Part shown: piece by piece, positions 1 to 64,000 of the stretch | How positions within the stretch are numbered: the first letter of the stretch is position 1 | How the letters are laid out: each line of letters starts with the position of its first letter | Assembly (NCBI GenBank): GCA_002633005.1 | Contig: NMRA01000170.1 | Location: 1 to 64,000, forward strand | Reading direction: 5' to 3' | Origin: Phoronis australis | Taxonomy: Eukaryota; Animalia; Phoronida | DNA length: 64,000 nt | Translations under genes and position numbers: made by a program | Notes under the pieces: model-generated | Databases searched by the model: none | The model's input: the letters and a program-made list of their open reading frames with translations, nothing else | Told to the model about the DNA's origin: nothing

Positions 1-930
1 GCTAGTAACCTGTGTTGAATGTTTTCCTGAAGTTTGATTTATGGTAGTGTTGTTCATTGGATGTCAGCTGGTCAGGTTGTGAGCAGTTGCAGTGTGTTAT
101 ACAGGATATTTGAAGGGTTCATATCGGGGATGCCTGTAGTTGTGGCAACGTTTTTTGAGTGAAGTGAGCAGGTGCAATTTCATAATGTGCTTAGTCCAGT
201 TTATCCTAGCAAATGGTTGTAAGATTTATGTACGCCCTTACTGACAAGACTGTTCATTTAGCAAAATATCTAGACGGCTATAGTTTTAACTCAATGTATT
301 GTCTGAAAGTACAGTCGAGATTTTTTGACTTTTAAATCAGTTCTTATTTAGTAAAATGTAAAAAGTGAATAGTATATGGATAGAAAAACCAGCATATCTA
401 TAACGTGATCAAATTTTATTGTCAGGGTCAGATATTAAAAATGCTGTTACATTTTTCTAAGATATCATTTCATTTTCGTTTTATGCACCTTTTAAAGATT
501 TTTCATAGAAGTTATGAAAGTCCCAAATTTCATAGTCCCTCGTGCAAAAGTGAAACATTCTAAAACCAACATTCCTTCTGAACAGAGTTTTTGAGACCAG
601 TACATGTAACAGAGCATCTGAAACTTTCATTTGATTCTGAATAGCCATCTCTGAGATATGATGTTCTGAAGCCGGCCAAATTTGGCCATTTTTATAGTGT
701 CCTACATAAAGTTAAGACAAAATAATGTGGTTGAACAAGTACTTTACTGTAGAAATCCAGTTACAATTTTTTAAGCACGTTTTATCCCATGGTTCATGTG
801 CTCTAGAGTCAATTTTTATGACAACACTTTGAATTGTTATGTCTGCTTGTTATACTCTTTAAGAAGCACTAAACCTAGTGCCTTGTGTAAAAATTACTTT
901 TGATGTAGTACACTTGCCACTAAAACCCAT

Positions 931-1156
931 GGGCTCATTCCAAGATTGATTTAAGTCCAAAACTTGTCTCAACTTCCAAGCTTTGGAACTTCCACAACCG
1001 GTCAGTTAGTCAAAATTAGGACAAAACTTAACTCAAAAACTTCAGTCAAAATTAAGATCTAATTCTTGAAATGGATGAGAGACAAATTTGTTTTATTTTA
1101 GGATTGGGTGAAATTTAAGAGTGTCTTAGCTAAGTCACTTTACTTGGAATGAGTCC
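931..1156. mobile_element. MITE (~226 bp), possibly PIF/Harbinger-type
   Basis: 14-bp terminal inverted repeats gggctcattccaag / cttggaatgagtcc (1 mismatch), 3-bp flanks cat/ctg, no ORF. Confidence 0.55.
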
Positions 1157-2000
1157 CTGGTCTTAACTCTGATTTTAGATGATGCCTGGTCTTGGCAAAA
1201 ACTGAGAGTTTGTTATTCCTTGAGGTGAAGCTTGCTAAGTTCACGGCAAGTCATTTTATACGACGTGTGTGATATTAAGCACTACTGAACTGTATGTTCA
1301 GACATAGCTCAGAACTGACCAGTTTTATAACGGAAAGTAGGCTAAACCAAAAGTTGCTTTTTTGACAGCCAAAAGTAGGTTAAAAGCCACTTTAATAAGT
1401 ACTAGTAGTGCTAATTCACTTAATGTGTTTCCCCACAACTGGCAGTTGGACAAAGGAGAGTTGTGTGTAATTGGCAAAAGTGTGTGGGAATTTAGGCTAC
1501 TGAATGCTTTACAATTTTTATGGCTATGATATAATCTTCAATTTATAACATGCTAGTGTGTCGAATTATTGTTTTGACGACAGACTACATAGCTGTTAGG
1601 TTATTAGTTAGTGTCTGGCATATTTTCTTGTTTCAAATGTTGTATGTGATTTTACATTGTAGTATCTAAGTTAACCTTTAGTCTGTTGTACCGTTGAATG
1701 TTCATGTCTTGCTTAAGTTTCATTTATGAATGTGTTTATTTTTAACAGAAGTTGTAGAGTGTGTGTCATTAGTACAACCCTGTTCGAGTTTTTTGTTTTC
1801 TGAAAACATTTGGAAGTTGCTTACTGTTTTAATGCAAGCTAATAAGCAACTACAAAATGTGTTTCTTTACTTCCTATATTTCAGCCTTCCTGCAAAATTG
1901 GCACACCACTAATGTATTGTGCCAGCCAGTTAGTGCACTTATTTCAAACGGTGTCAGTAACCCTGGTTTATGATAAACCCCAATGTTGTTCTCATTTTAG

Positions 2001-63721
<61,721 letters not shown>

Positions 63722-64000
63722 GTTTGTATTTTTTATGTTTTTATGATGCTCGTAAAATTCCTTAAAATTTTCACTAAACTCCCCCAATTTGAAACCAGGC
63801 TATTAGAAAGCCAGTTAGTTACAATTAGTTCATTTCGCTGTTTGCATAATCATGAATGACGCTTTTACATAACCTTGTTGTTTCTTTACAAAACTTAGCT
63901 TGTATTAGATCATTAAGTATTCTTTGACTAATAAAACTTGATCACAAATAGTGTCCACGAACTTTCAGTTTTGTGTTGGTGTTTATTACTTGAGCTGCTA

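Noticed and set aside
1885-1965. Extra exon upstream of exon 1
   Set aside because: There is an acceptor-like tttcag, but the following intron would be only ~35 nt and the peptide shows no domain signature.

Overview
AT-rich animal (invertebrate-type) genomic DNA. Almost the whole window is the interior of one large spliced + strand gene. I traced 56 coding exons by hand from 2001 to 63721 (about 8.7 kb of CDS, about 2,900 aa). All junction phases are compatible; one exon is cut by an assembly N. Start and stop lie outside the window. Domain order: CUB x2, sushi x4, cbEGF x2, sushi x3, an interrupted sushi, HYR x2, sushi-like, SEA-like, Ephrin_rec_like x3, EGF x14. This resembles the uninflatable/SVEP1-type giant extracellular proteins. 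The most unusual feature is the eighth sushi domain, which is split. Cys1-3 are at 19.9-21.2 kb, while its closing W-x-x-x-x-P-x-C strand is at 43.5 kb, just after an RAKR furin-type site. Between them lie at least ~1,050 aa of phase-1 cassettes: four copies of an unrecognised 4-Cys alpha/beta module, three helical Cys-rich modules, a Thr/Pro linker and a recently duplicated Kazal array with a switched P1 residue. Introns contain about six co-oriented Helentron/DINE-like elements with ~150-bp repeats carrying CTCF-like motifs, plus MITEs, minisatellites, two tRNA-derived fragments and a long hairpin. Single Ns at 8672, 14915, 23786, 33402, 41509 and 57226 mark probable assembly gaps. All domain calls are by motif recognition; no database search was run.
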